Assembly: GCA_048887225.1 (NCBI GenBank)
Contig: JBHLJY010000003.1
Span: 128,001-192,000 of the forward strand
Direction of reading: 5' to 3'
DNA: 64,000 nt
Source of the DNA: Candidatus Hodarchaeota archaeon
GTDB lineage: Archaea; Asgardarchaeota; Lokiarchaeia; Sigyniarchaeales; SOKP01
In this document: piece after piece, positions 51,406-61,054 of the stretch
How the letters are laid out: every line of letters begins with the position of its first letter
Position numbering within the stretch: the first letter of the stretch is position 1
The notes under the pieces: generated by a model
What the model was told of the DNA's origin: nothing
What the model saw: only the letters and a program-made list of their open reading frames with translations
Databases searched by the model: none
Program-made: the position numbers and the translations under genes

Positions 51406-51558
51406 CTCTTTGGCTAATTTATTTTATTACAAATTACTTTTTTTATTTATATAATAATAGGTTATTTCTTTATAAAATTTTTAATTATAAGAAATGTATG
51501 TGCTTTCAGATATAATTATTTTTCTATTAAAATCATAAATAAATTTGGGGTAAAATTA

Positions 51559-53124
51559 TTAACTTCTAAGTAAATCTGAGACTGCCGAATTGATATGATT
51601 AATCATATCCATGGCTGTAAATCTAGATCCAACTTTACTTTTACAATATTCTCCGAAATAACCGTTTAAAAATGCTGCTGAACAAGCAGATCGGAAGGTA
51701 TCATTATTCATCGTAAGAAAACATCCGCATAAACCAGCTAAAACGTCTCCAGTGCCTCCAATAGACATTTCAGGACATCCAGTTTTATTAATTTTCAATT
51801 TTTTTCCATTGCTAATGTAATCGTATGGTCCTTTTACTAATAAAGTGAGGTCTAGCTTTTTTGCTAAATCAAAAATAATTTTTCCTCTCCCTTCAATATC
51901 ATCATAAGGAGGTAAATCGATACCTATCATTATTTTTAATTCACCCTCGTGAGGAGTTAAAATAACTGGTTGACCTTTGAGCAAATTAAGATAGTTACTC
52001 ACTAATTTTAATGCATCAGCATCTAAAACAAATGACTTTTTATCTTGTCTTAATTTTTCAAGTAATTTAACTAGAAGTTCTTCAGTTTCTTTCTCTTCTC
52101 CTATTCCTGGACCAATAATTATTGAATTAGACCAATCAATCAACCACGAGATCTCATCTAATGCATTTTTATTCAGGAAATCGCCTGGACTAGTTCTTAC
52201 GATCATATTTGGGGAATAACTCCTAACTACATCTCCTATAACTTCTGGTGTATAGGTTATAACTAAGTCAACTCCAAAATTAATACTAGCTAAAGACGAG
52301 TATGTGGGGGCGCCCGAGTAATTTTTCGACCCTCCTACTATTAAAATTCTCCCAAACTGCCCTTTATGGGTATCAGATTTTCTAACTTTCAGAGTAGGAA
52401 TTAGATCTCCTCTTCCTACAAATAATCTTGCTTCTAGAGGGATCCCTATTGATTTAACGATCATTTCATTAATGTATTTAGTATTAATCTTCATACCTTT
52501 CTTAATTCGATGGAAGGTTATAACTAAATCCGATTTTACAGCCTTATCTAAAACCTTACCATTGTCCGGATTTAAACCGGAAGGTACGTCAATTGAAACG
52601 ACTTTAATATTTTCTTCTTCCCTTAGAGCATTAATCAAATCTACTGCTGAAGAAATTGGCTCTCTGATGTTTCCACTTATTCCAGTTCCTAACAAACCAT
52701 CTATAATTAAATTATATCTTTTTTTCTCTTTAATAAGTGTGTCAATTTCTGTTAATTCAGCCGAATCCATTATAATTTTTATTTGTATTGAATGATTAAG
52801 ATGTTTTGTAATGATATTCCAATTTAAATTTGCCTCTTTAGTTCTTATATTTTCTGGGGCACCTAAAAGGATAACCAATACCTTTATACCATATGACGAT
52901 AAATGACGAGCGACCACAAATCCATCACCCCCATTATTTCCCGTACCGCAAAATATGGCAACTTTAGAATTTTCTTCCAGATTATACCTTTTGATGACTT
53001 CATTAGCAAAAGAATAACCTGCACACTCCATCAAATAACTTTTTGGTATTCCTAACCATTCTGTGTTATTATCCAAAATCGCAATTTCTTCAGATGATAT
53101 CTTTTCAGAATTTAATCGTTCCAT
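51559..53124 (-). CDS. nnr: Bifunctional NAD(P)H-hydrate epimerase/dehydratase
   Basis: LMECAG, GTGNNGGDG, SIDVPSG, HKG..G, GPGIG, DADAL, TPH.GE, GGTGDVLAG. Confidence 0.95.
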   Translation of the reverse strand: MERLNSEKISSEEIAILDNNTEWLGIPKSYLMECAGYSFANEVIKRYNLEENSKVAIFCGTGNNGGDGFVVARHLSSYGIKVLVILLGAPENIRTKEANLNWNIITKHLNHSIQIKIIMDSAELTEIDTLIKEKKRYNLIIDGLLGTGISGNIREPISSAVDLINALREEENIKVVSIDVPSGLNPDNGKVLDKAVKSDLVITFHRIKKGMKINTKYINEMIVKSIGIPLEARLFVGRGDLIPTLKVRKSDTHKGQFGRILIVGGSKNYSGAPTYSSLASINFGVDLVITYTPEVIGDVVRSYSPNMIVRTSPGDFLNKNALDEISWLIDWSNSIIIGPGIGEEKETEELLVKLLEKLRQDKKSFVLDADALKLVSNYLNLLKGQPVILTPHEGELKIMIGIDLPPYDDIEGRGKIIFDLAKKLDLTLLVKGPYDYISNGKKLKINKTGCPEMSIGGTGDVLAGLCGCFLTMNNDTFRSACSAAFLNGYFGEYCKSKVGSRFTAMDMINHINSAVSDLLRS

Positions 53125-53230
53125 AACAATTAATTTTAAGATACTGAATTAAAAAACATTTGTTAATTATTACATCTTGAATTATATCATAAAAAAATGG
53201 TGAATATGCATAACTAACTATAAAGAAGAT

Positions 53231-54379
53231 ATGGATGATGCAAAAGAGCGATTAAAAGCCTTTTGGGATCACGAACTCATCGATCGCCCTTGCATTTCTT
53301 ACCGCTATCCTATTTACGGAAAGAAATTACCTAAGGGAACTAATGTGATTGAATACTTTTTTCCATGGTTTATGGCAAAAAATTGGGACGATATTCAAAA
53401 ATTTCTAAAAGATTTTGAGGATATATCAAAATGCTTCTATTTTGGAGGTGAATGCATTCCACGATTATGGCCCAATTATGGTCCAGGTATTATGGCTTCA
53501 GTACTCGGTGTTGAGCCTGAATTCAATCCAAATTCTAAAACAGTCTGGTTTCATAGAGAAACGAAAGTTGATGATATAATTCCATTATTAGAAGGTGTAA
53601 AATTAAACAGAAATAATCCTTGGTATGATCGGCTTCTAAGAATTACAGAATACGCAGCTAAACAAGCGGGAAAAGATTATTGTATTGCTGTAACCGATCT
53701 TGGTGGAGTTTTAGATATCTTATCATCGTTCTTAGGACCTACAAAAATTATATTAACGATGAGGCGACAACCTGAAATCATTGATACATGTCGGGTAATT
53801 ATTCTTGAAAAATTATTAAAAGTCTATGACGATCTTCAAATCATTATAGAACGCTACGGGGATGGCTGCAGTGCTTGGATAGATATTTGGTGCTCAAAAC
53901 GCTGGTATCCTATTCAATCTGATTTTACTGCTTTTCTTTCGCCTAAATGGTTTAAAAGATTTGCTTTATCAGATATCATTGCTCAAGCTGAACATATGGA
54001 TTATGCTATTTATCATTTAGATGGTCCAGACGCTTTAAAACATCTTGATTCTCTATTAACTGTAGATTCAATAACAGGCATTCAATGGGTTCCAGGGGCA
54101 GGAAGAGAGCTTGCATGTAGCGATGCTTGGATGCCAGTCTATAAAAAAATACAATCAACGGGGAAGTTTGTGATAATTTATGTTTTTGAAATACTAAAAT
54201 CACTCTCACACTTTTATAAAGTGTTAGATCCAAAACTTCTATTCCCTATTAATATATCTATGGATCCTGTAAAAGCTCAATTCTATTTGCCTAAATTTGT
54301 TGGTGGGCAAGGAGGTTCTGGAAATTTTGGAAAATTTAAAAGAACAATGCGAAAATATTTGAAGAACAAAAATATTTAA
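53231..54379 (+). CDS. Uroporphyrinogen decarboxylase / MtaA-like TIM-barrel family protein
   Basis: PNYGPG..A, DLGG.LDIL, QSDF...SP, YHLDG, IQWVPG. Confidence 0.65.
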   Translation: MDDAKERLKAFWDHELIDRPCISYRYPIYGKKLPKGTNVIEYFFPWFMAKNWDDIQKFLKDFEDISKCFYFGGECIPRLWPNYGPGIMASVLGVEPEFNPNSKTVWFHRETKVDDIIPLLEGVKLNRNNPWYDRLLRITEYAAKQAGKDYCIAVTDLGGVLDILSSFLGPTKIILTMRRQPEIIDTCRVIILEKLLKVYDDLQIIIERYGDGCSAWIDIWCSKRWYPIQSDFTAFLSPKWFKRFALSDIIAQAEHMDYAIYHLDGPDALKHLDSLLTVDSITGIQWVPGAGRELACSDAWMPVYKKIQSTGKFVIIYVFEILKSLSHFYKVLDPKLLFPINISMDPVKAQFYLPKFVGGQGGSGNFGKFKRTMRKYLKNKNI

Positions 54380-54401
54380 TTTTAAAAGAATTATATAAAA
54401 A

Positions 54402-54547
54402 TGCCGGTGGCGGGAATCTCAGACAGAGCAAAATGCTACTTCCATTTGAGCCCGCGACCTCCAGATTATGAGTCCAGCACATCTAGTCTGACCCATTTTT
54501 CAGAATGAGTATGTGTCTGGCGCTATAACCAACTAAGCCACACCGGC
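54402..54547 (-). tRNA. tRNA-Met(CAT), elongator type, with two introns (32/33: 54472-54514; 59/60: 54416-54444)
   Basis: GCCGGTG/CACCGGC acceptor stem; removing both introns gives CCAGA-CTCATAA-TCTGG and GCGGG-CTCAAAT-CCCGC; BHB-type motifs at both introns. Confidence 0.88.
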
Positions 54548-54562
54548 TTTTCAATTTCATCA

Positions 54563-54635
54563 AGCCCCCGGCGGGGTTTGAACCCGCGACCTTTGCCTTA
54601 CCAAGGCAACGCTCTACCAGCTAAGCAACGGAGGC
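54563..54635 (-). tRNA. tRNA-Thr(GGT)
   Basis: GCCTCCG/CGGGGGC acceptor stem, TTGCC-TTGGTAA-GGCAA anticodon arm, GCGGG-TTCAAAC-CCCGC T arm, U73. Confidence 0.95.
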
Positions 54636-54796
54636 TCTTTTCAATTTTTAGATAAATATCTAAATCATTATTAAATTAAAAATTTTATTTGGAAATGATT
54701 CGAAAAAAATCAAACTAATTCTTATTTTTTATTAATTTTTAAATTAAGAATAATTAGTATAATTCTCGCTCTGCTTAAGATTATACATCTTTATGA

Positions 54797-55750
54797 TTAT
54801 TGCGACTTACTTAAAATTTTATATGCTACGTATATAAATGATTCATTAATATTTTCTCCTGTTTTTGCTGATGTAAGAATATAATGAAAACCAAGCTCAT
54901 CAGCAACAGATTTAATTTCTTCTTCGCTTATTACAATCTTATCTTTTAAATCAGATTTATTTCCTACTATTACAATTGGAATATTAGAGGATAAGTCTTT
55001 TGTAATATCAGCATACCAAGATTTAATACTCTTAATATTTCCTTGACGAGTACGATCTATAACTATAAATGCTGCATTTGCTCCACTATAAAATTGAGCT
55101 CTATACGGCGCCATAAATTGGATTTGTCCCGCAATATCCCAAATAACGAAAGTTATTTTAGTTTTTTCATTTAAATTATAATCCTTTTTTGAGATTTCAA
55201 CTCCTAATGTAGAAATATAATCATCTTTAAATTCATTTTTAGTAAATGTTCTTATTATAGAACTTTTTCCAACTTGATAATCTCCCGTAATAATTACTTT
55301 TTTTGTAAAGTCTCCTGTCGAAAGAGTCCCCTCTTTTGTTTTTGAAAGAAATTGAATCGCATCTGGGATTTCAAGAGAAATATCTTCCTGTCCCTCTAAT
55401 ATTAATTCAATTTTTCCTGCTATGTGCTCTGATAGCACTCTTAATTGAACATCAGGAGTAGATATTTCAGTTATAGCTGTTAAAATTGAATTTGGTCCCT
55501 GCGAACAAAATACAAATTTCTTATCGCTTGTAGTAGTCACATTAAAAAAGTTATTTTCAACACCAAATTCATCTTTTAATTGATCGATATACTTTTCTAC
55601 GTAGGTAGAAATTCCACCTATAACAATATCGTCTTGCTCCTCTCCTTCTGAAATAATGACAAGGCCGTCTATATCGCATACAGCTACTACTATTACTCCT
55701 TCTATATTATTCATATAATTTAATACTAAAGTTTTCAGTTGTTCTTTCAT
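54797..55750 (-). CDS. Roadblock/LC7 domain fused to Rab-like small GTPase
   Basis: N-terminal GV..VAVCDIDGL roadblock; GDYQVGKS, STLG, WDIAGQ, NKSD, TSAK. Confidence 0.88.
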   Translation of the reverse strand: MKEQLKTLVLNYMNNIEGVIVVAVCDIDGLVIISEGEEQDDIVIGGISTYVEKYIDQLKDEFGVENNFFNVTTTSDKKFVFCSQGPNSILTAITEISTPDVQLRVLSEHIAGKIELILEGQEDISLEIPDAIQFLSKTKEGTLSTGDFTKKVIITGDYQVGKSSIIRTFTKNEFKDDYISTLGVEISKKDYNLNEKTKITFVIWDIAGQIQFMAPYRAQFYSGANAAFIVIDRTRQGNIKSIKSWYADITKDLSSNIPIVIVGNKSDLKDKIVISEEEIKSVADELGFHYILTSAKTGENINESFIYVAYKILSKSQ

Positions 55751-55881
55751 AAAAACACATTAGTTTCAATTAATTTACGAAAATAATAAATTTAAGCCAT
55801 TTAAATATAGCTTTTTCAATTAAAATATCCCTCTTATCGATTAATCTTATTTATAATATTAATATTGAAAAAAAGAATGCC

Positions 55882-56577
55882 TTATAGTAGTAAGGATAAT
55901 AATACTCCTTGAACTATAAGAAATTGCCCTAAAATGTATGTTAACATTATATAAATTCTAATGTTAGGAATTTTCATTTCCTTATTAAAAGTATCTATAG
56001 CGATCATAGAATCTGAAATCATAAATAATATAGACCCAAACCAAACTAAAAAGAAACAAGGACAATAGATTTCAAATAATGCTAATCGCAAAATAGCAGT
56101 AACATGCATTGTAAGGATTGCCACCATGTAAATATATACCGGAATTTTCAAATCCCCCATATGATCTTTATATTTTGGAAATGTTAAGAGTAGAATAAAA
56201 ATTACTGGTATTAATAAAACATATCCATATATAGGAAAAGCTATAATATTAACGCCTACAGACAGCAAAAACGAGATTATATAAAAAATATGCCCAAGTA
56301 AAAAAGCGGCCATTCCGTATATAAACCATTTATCCTTATTTTCAAGCATCAGGAAGATATCTCCAGCACATCCGCATAAAAGTGCTACAACGATTAACCA
56401 ATCTATATTAATTGCAATTGCTCCAAAAATATAATATAAAACTAACAAAGGCATCAATAAGGGTTTAGAAATATGTTCTAATATTTTTTTTTCTTTTGCA
56501 ACAGCAGCTATATCTGAAGCTGTGAAAACGAAAAATAAGACTAAAAAGAGGTACATATATACCATATTATTTTTCAC
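55882..56577 (-). CDS. YhhN family (lysoplasmalogenase-like) membrane hydrolase
   Basis: SKPLLMP, GDIFL, AFLLGH..YI, YM.AI, GS.LF.ISD..IA, TY..GQ. Confidence 0.88.
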   Translation of the reverse strand: MKNNMVYMYLFLVLFFVFTASDIAAVAKEKKILEHISKPLLMPLLVLYYIFGAIAINIDWLIVVALLCGCAGDIFLMLENKDKWFIYGMAAFLLGHIFYIISFLLSVGVNIIAFPIYGYVLLIPVIFILLLTFPKYKDHMGDLKIPVYIYMVAILTMHVTAILRLALFEIYCPCFFLVWFGSILFMISDSMIAIDTFNKEMKIPNIRIYIMLTYILGQFLIVQGVLLSLLL

Positions 56578-56718
56578 TTTAAATGAAGTTTTTTAATTAA
56601 ATAATTATCTTTGTTTTAATATTTAAATATCTGTGGATTTTAAAATTATTTAAATTTAAAAGAAGATATCTATTAAAAATAGAAATCAAAAATTGGTTAA
56701 ATTAATAGAGGGAATAAT

Positions 56719-57987
56719 TTGCCAGAATTAAAAGAAGTTGTAGTAGTTGATGGAGTTAGAACACCCATTGGGAAATCTGGATGGAAAGCTGCAAGCGGAG
56801 GCAAAAAGCCGGGAATTTTGTTTAATTCTACAGCTCACGAGATGTTAAAGACAGTAATTGAAAGATTGGTGGAAAATGTTAAAACTAAATCCAGTGCTTT
56901 TAATTCAGCTGAGATTGAGGATGTTGCTATAGGTTGTAGTGCCCAATATGGTGAACAAGCGGCAAATTTAGGAAGAATTGCGGTTCTTCTTGCTGAAAAT
57001 ATTCCAGACAACGATGTTCCTGGTAAAACTATTGATCGATACTGTAACGCTGGATTAGAAGCAATTAATAGTGAGGCTCAAGCTATTATGTGTGGAAATG
57101 GAGAGATAGCAATCGCTGGTGGTATTGAATTTATGAGCAAATACCCTTTAGGGAGTTCTCTTAATGCGACTATTATAAATGGCAGGAAGCACATCTTTCA
57201 TAGACAATTTATGAAAAAACAAAACATCATGGGTATGTCAGCTGAGATGGTTGCTGAAAAATATGGATTAACAAGAGAGGATTTAGACGATTTTGGTGCA
57301 TTGTCCCAAAAAAAAGCAGTATTGGCTATGAGAGATATAGAGTGGTATAAAAAAAGAATCGCTCCTGTAACTATTGTCGAGAAAATTGAAGGAAAACGCG
57401 TTAAAAATACTTATAATAAAGATGAAACCCCAAGAGAGGAATTTGCCAACAATTTTGAAGTTGCTAGAGAAAAAATGAAGACTTTAAAACCAAGATTTAA
57501 GCCTAAAGGTGGCATAGTTACAGCAGGCAATTCATCTGCTATTGTAGATGGGGCAGCAGCAGTTATGTTAATGTCTCAAGAAAAGGCTGATGAATTAAGC
57601 ATAAAACCTATGGCTAAAATACTCTCTTGTGCTGTTGCCGCTTCTGAACCGAGAATTATGTTATTAGGACCGATTCCAGCGCAAAAGAAAGCACTTCGAA
57701 GGGCGGGAAATCTAAGGATGGATGATATGGACATAATAGAACCTAATGAAGCCTTTGCCTCACCTTGTCTTGCTTTTGCTAAGGAATTTGGATATGCTTT
57801 TGATGATCCGAGAGTTAATCCCACAGGTGGAGGTATAAGCTTAGGTCATCCAATTGGAGCTTCTGGAGTGATTTATTTCTTGGAAATGGTCTGGGAAATG
57901 GTAAAAAAAAATCATCGATACGGAATTCAGACATTATGTGGTGGCGGCGGCGTAGGAATTGCAACTGTTGTAGAAAGAGAAAAATAA
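56719..57987 (+). CDS. Thiolase (acetyl-CoA C-acyltransferase)
   Basis: RTPIGK, DRYCNAG (Cys), NEAFA, GHPIGASG, LCGGGG. Confidence 0.93.
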   Translation: MPELKEVVVVDGVRTPIGKSGWKAASGGKKPGILFNSTAHEMLKTVIERLVENVKTKSSAFNSAEIEDVAIGCSAQYGEQAANLGRIAVLLAENIPDNDVPGKTIDRYCNAGLEAINSEAQAIMCGNGEIAIAGGIEFMSKYPLGSSLNATIINGRKHIFHRQFMKKQNIMGMSAEMVAEKYGLTREDLDDFGALSQKKAVLAMRDIEWYKKRIAPVTIVEKIEGKRVKNTYNKDETPREEFANNFEVAREKMKTLKPRFKPKGGIVTAGNSSAIVDGAAAVMLMSQEKADELSIKPMAKILSCAVAASEPRIMLLGPIPAQKKALRRAGNLRMDDMDIIEPNEAFASPCLAFAKEFGYAFDDPRVNPTGGGISLGHPIGASGVIYFLEMVWEMVKKNHRYGIQTLCGGGGVGIATVVEREK

Positions 57988-58159
57988 ATTAGAAGAATAC
58001 AAAATTTTATTCTTTAATATATAGAAGGTTCTAATATTTTTTTTAAAATAAGTTTAATTTGATATAAAGAGATCTTCTTATTAAATTAAATAATATAATT
58101 TTAAAGGTGAATTTATTATTACACTTTCATATGTAAGATGGTAAAATGGAGCAACGGTT

Positions 58160-58828
58160 ATGGGGGTCTTTATTTTTTCATGCTTATTTGGATTATTTTT
58201 TGTAATTAGAGCTAGAAAGCTAAATGTTAATCTTCTTTTATATCTCGGATGTACTTACTTTTTTGCAGGTCTAGTTTATTTAGGAGATGTATTAGATTTC
58301 GTAACAATTCTTTTAACTGGAAAAAATATTGATAATAGATTTGGACTAATAGGACTAATAAATTGGATGTGGTTTCCTGGAGCTGTTTTATGTGCCATAT
58401 ATATTGGTGTTGAGATATTAATACCCAATAAAAAATGGTATATTTTTGTAATATATTTAGTTTTAGGTATTCTCTTTGAATTATTCCTATTCTTAGATCC
58501 TTCAGGTTCTGTTACATATGCTAATCCAGCCACTCCGGGTGAGGATTTAATTAATGACAATCTCGTAGAAGATTCCATTATATACTATATAGCTTTGATT
58601 TTTTTGGTAACTATTATAGTATTAATTGGATTTGGATTTCTGGTTAAAGCTATACAATCAAGAGGCATTATTAGAAAGAAATTTTTTTATTTATCAATAG
58701 GAGGCTTTATTTATACTATAGGTGATATATTAGATGGCTTATTTTCTCCTGGTATAATCTTGGTATTTATTAGATCTGTAATGATTGGGAGCGTTTGGCT
58801 CTTTTATTTAGGTTTACAGCCAACTTGA
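58160..58828 (+). CDS. Uncharacterised membrane protein (about 7 TM), possibly N-terminally disrupted
   Basis: Multiple TM helices; in-frame TAA at 58142-58144 separates it from an SD-preceded upstream segment. Confidence 0.6.
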   Translation: MGVFIFSCLFGLFFVIRARKLNVNLLLYLGCTYFFAGLVYLGDVLDFVTILLTGKNIDNRFGLIGLINWMWFPGAVLCAIYIGVEILIPNKKWYIFVIYLVLGILFELFLFLDPSGSVTYANPATPGEDLINDNLVEDSIIYYIALIFLVTIIVLIGFGFLVKAIQSRGIIRKKFFYLSIGGFIYTIGDILDGLFSPGIILVFIRSVMIGSVWLFYLGLQPT

Positions 58829-58892
58829 ATCAAACCTAATGTGATTATTGTAGAAAATTAGATTATAATAAGTAGATCAAAAAATGTTTTGA

Positions 58893-59348
58893 TTAATCTG
58901 GAGTTAATTCGTCCAAGTCTGATAAATCCAATCCGGAATCTAGAGTCTCTGGAATTTCCGAAAGGAATTCGTCGAGAATTTCTTTCAATTCATCTCCAGA
59001 TCTCTTTAATATAAGTCTAATTAACCCAATGTTTATATCAGGATCGGAAATTAAACATAATACTCCTTTTGGTCCGCAGCTGGCTGCAAATATTTTTCCA
59101 CCTGAGAATTCGCTCGTAACTATATCTAAATCTCCTAATTCGAGATTTTTTCCTTGTTCTTCACTGGCACAGAATACTGCACTTGCAATAGCGCCAATTC
59201 CATCCACATCAGCTGGGAAATAGGAGAATTTCGACACGCTCGCGATAGTTAATCCCGTTCGATCAACCAATATTACCTTCTTAATGCCCGATTCGGACTT
59301 TATAATCTTACTGAGAATATTATCAAAACTTTTTGTATCAATACTAAT
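58893..59348 (-). CDS. Roadblock/LC7 (MglB-like) protein with acidic C-terminal tail
   Basis: In-frame SIDTKSFDNILSKII..GIKKVILVDRTGL, GAIASA, NIGLIRL; the fold needs the helix upstream of the ORF-track start (59270). Confidence 0.85.
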   Translation of the reverse strand: MSIDTKSFDNILSKIIKSESGIKKVILVDRTGLTIASVSKFSYFPADVDGIGAIASAVFCASEEQGKNLELGDLDIVTSEFSGGKIFAASCGPKGVLCLISDPDINIGLIRLILKRSGDELKEILDEFLSEIPETLDSGLDLSDLDELTPD

Positions 59349-59566
59349 AGCAATACACCAATCAAATTATGATATTCTTTATAATATATTATTAGAATTT
59401 TTTATTATAAATACTCTTATGTTTATTAAAAAAAGAAGATGTATAAAAAATTATGTTTTTTGTTATTTACATCGATTTTATTCTCAAAACTCGTATGAAA
59501 AACAAGAAAATCGATTTCTTTTACTAAGGAAATTTCAAAATGAAGCTTTATTTTTAAAAACAAATC

Positions 59567-60877
59567 TTAAAGAAGATCGTTATCCTTGACTATTTTTTTA
59601 TAATGATCTCTTTCACGTCGTAATACTTTTAATTCTTTTTTCATATCAATTAATTCTTCAGTTAAATTATCTTGAACTTTTTGTTCTTTACTCGTTAAAT
59701 CCCTCAGCTCAATTTTCAAACTTGCGATTCTATCTAGGTGATCTTCGTTTTCTTTTTTCAAGTTCTCAATTTCTTGGTTCAACTCATCTATCCTAGTCTC
59801 TCTCTCTTCTATTTCTTTCTTTAATTCGTTTATATTACGCTCGAGTTCTTCTTTTTCTTCAGTTGTTTTATTAATACTTTCTTTCAAAGATTTATCAGCT
59901 TCTTTAATTTCTTCAATTTCAGCTTTATTAGTCTGAAATTCTGTAATAACCCTAGTAAGTTCCTTAATTTTTTCGTTTTTCTCGTTTAATTGAGTTTTTA
60001 AGTCCTTAATTTCATCTTCCAATACTTCTTTTTCAAGTTTTTCAAGATGTTTTTCAGGAATTCCACTTTCTAATTCTTCACTCATATTAACTTTTAGTTC
60101 TGAATCAATTACTTCGCTAACTTTCTCTTCACTTATCTCTCCTTCATTTACTACTTCTTCAATTACTTGCTCATCATCACTAATTTCTTCAATGTCTCCT
60201 ATAGAAGTTTCAGATAATTGGGTGATCTCTTTTTCCTCAACTTCCATCTGATACTGTTCTAATTCTTTAATGAATTTAGCTTTTAGTTCTGTATCAATTT
60301 CTTCACTAACCTCCTTTTCACTTACTTTTTTTTCTTCATCAATTACAATTTCATTATTTAAAAGCTCATCAGCAATTTCTTCTTCACTAACCTCTTCAAC
60401 GTCGCTAATAGGTGGAGTATATACCTCGGTTATCTCCTCTTCTTCAACTTCCTCCCAATATGGTTCTAAATCTTCACTTTTTAACATCAAAAAGAAATCT
60501 TTAAATATGTCATCGAAATCTGGATTATTATCTTTTTTAGGTAATAATATATGAGCGATTCTTCTTAACATTCCCTCAAAATCTTTTGGAATGCCAACTT
60601 TTTCAAATTCCTCGGTTTCGATAAACACAGTAATAGCATAACAAGGTAGACCTACATATCGGCCTGGCGAAAAACCAGAAAAAAAACTTGCAACTCTATA
60701 ATCAGCAAATTCTATTTTAAAAAAATTAGGTCCTTTTTTACTCGTCCAATGAAGCATATGAATATCCGTTAAATCAGTCATATTTATATTTAAATTTTTA
60801 AAAAGATCGTCTGGATATTGTGCATCAATAAAAGCTTCAGAATTCTCGTCAAACCCTAAAATCATAATTCCTTTCAA
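59567..60877 (-). CDS. Longin/uDENN-like N-domain + acidic linker + long coiled coil
   Basis: MKGIMILGFDE.....IDAQYP N-terminus; Glu-rich linker; heptad C-terminal 150 aa. Confidence 0.55.
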   Translation of the reverse strand: MKGIMILGFDENSEAFIDAQYPDDLFKNLNINMTDLTDIHMLHWTSKKGPNFFKIEFADYRVASFFSGFSPGRYVGLPCYAITVFIETEEFEKVGIPKDFEGMLRRIAHILLPKKDNNPDFDDIFKDFFLMLKSEDLEPYWEEVEEEEITEVYTPPISDVEEVSEEEIADELLNNEIVIDEEKKVSEKEVSEEIDTELKAKFIKELEQYQMEVEEKEITQLSETSIGDIEEISDDEQVIEEVVNEGEISEEKVSEVIDSELKVNMSEELESGIPEKHLEKLEKEVLEDEIKDLKTQLNEKNEKIKELTRVITEFQTNKAEIEEIKEADKSLKESINKTTEEKEELERNINELKKEIEERETRIDELNQEIENLKKENEDHLDRIASLKIELRDLTSKEQKVQDNLTEELIDMKKELKVLRRERDHYKKIVKDNDLL

Positions 60878-61054
60878 TTTGACTCACACGAGGTTTTATA
60901 AATCGCAAATTCAATTTATCATAATTGAGTACTGATTACTATAATAATAATCACAATTTATTGTTTTATCTTTTTTGCTATTAAGTTAAAGATAAAAATT
61001 TTTTTACTAATTCTCTAAATTCAATTACTTTTATTGGTTTTGAGACATTTTTTA

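Noticed and set aside
54402-54547. tRNA(CAT) as initiator Met or Ile2
   Set aside because: G1-C72 and no triple G-C anticodon stem argue against initiator; the GCC..GTGGCTTAG 5' end matches archaeal elongator Met rather than Ile2
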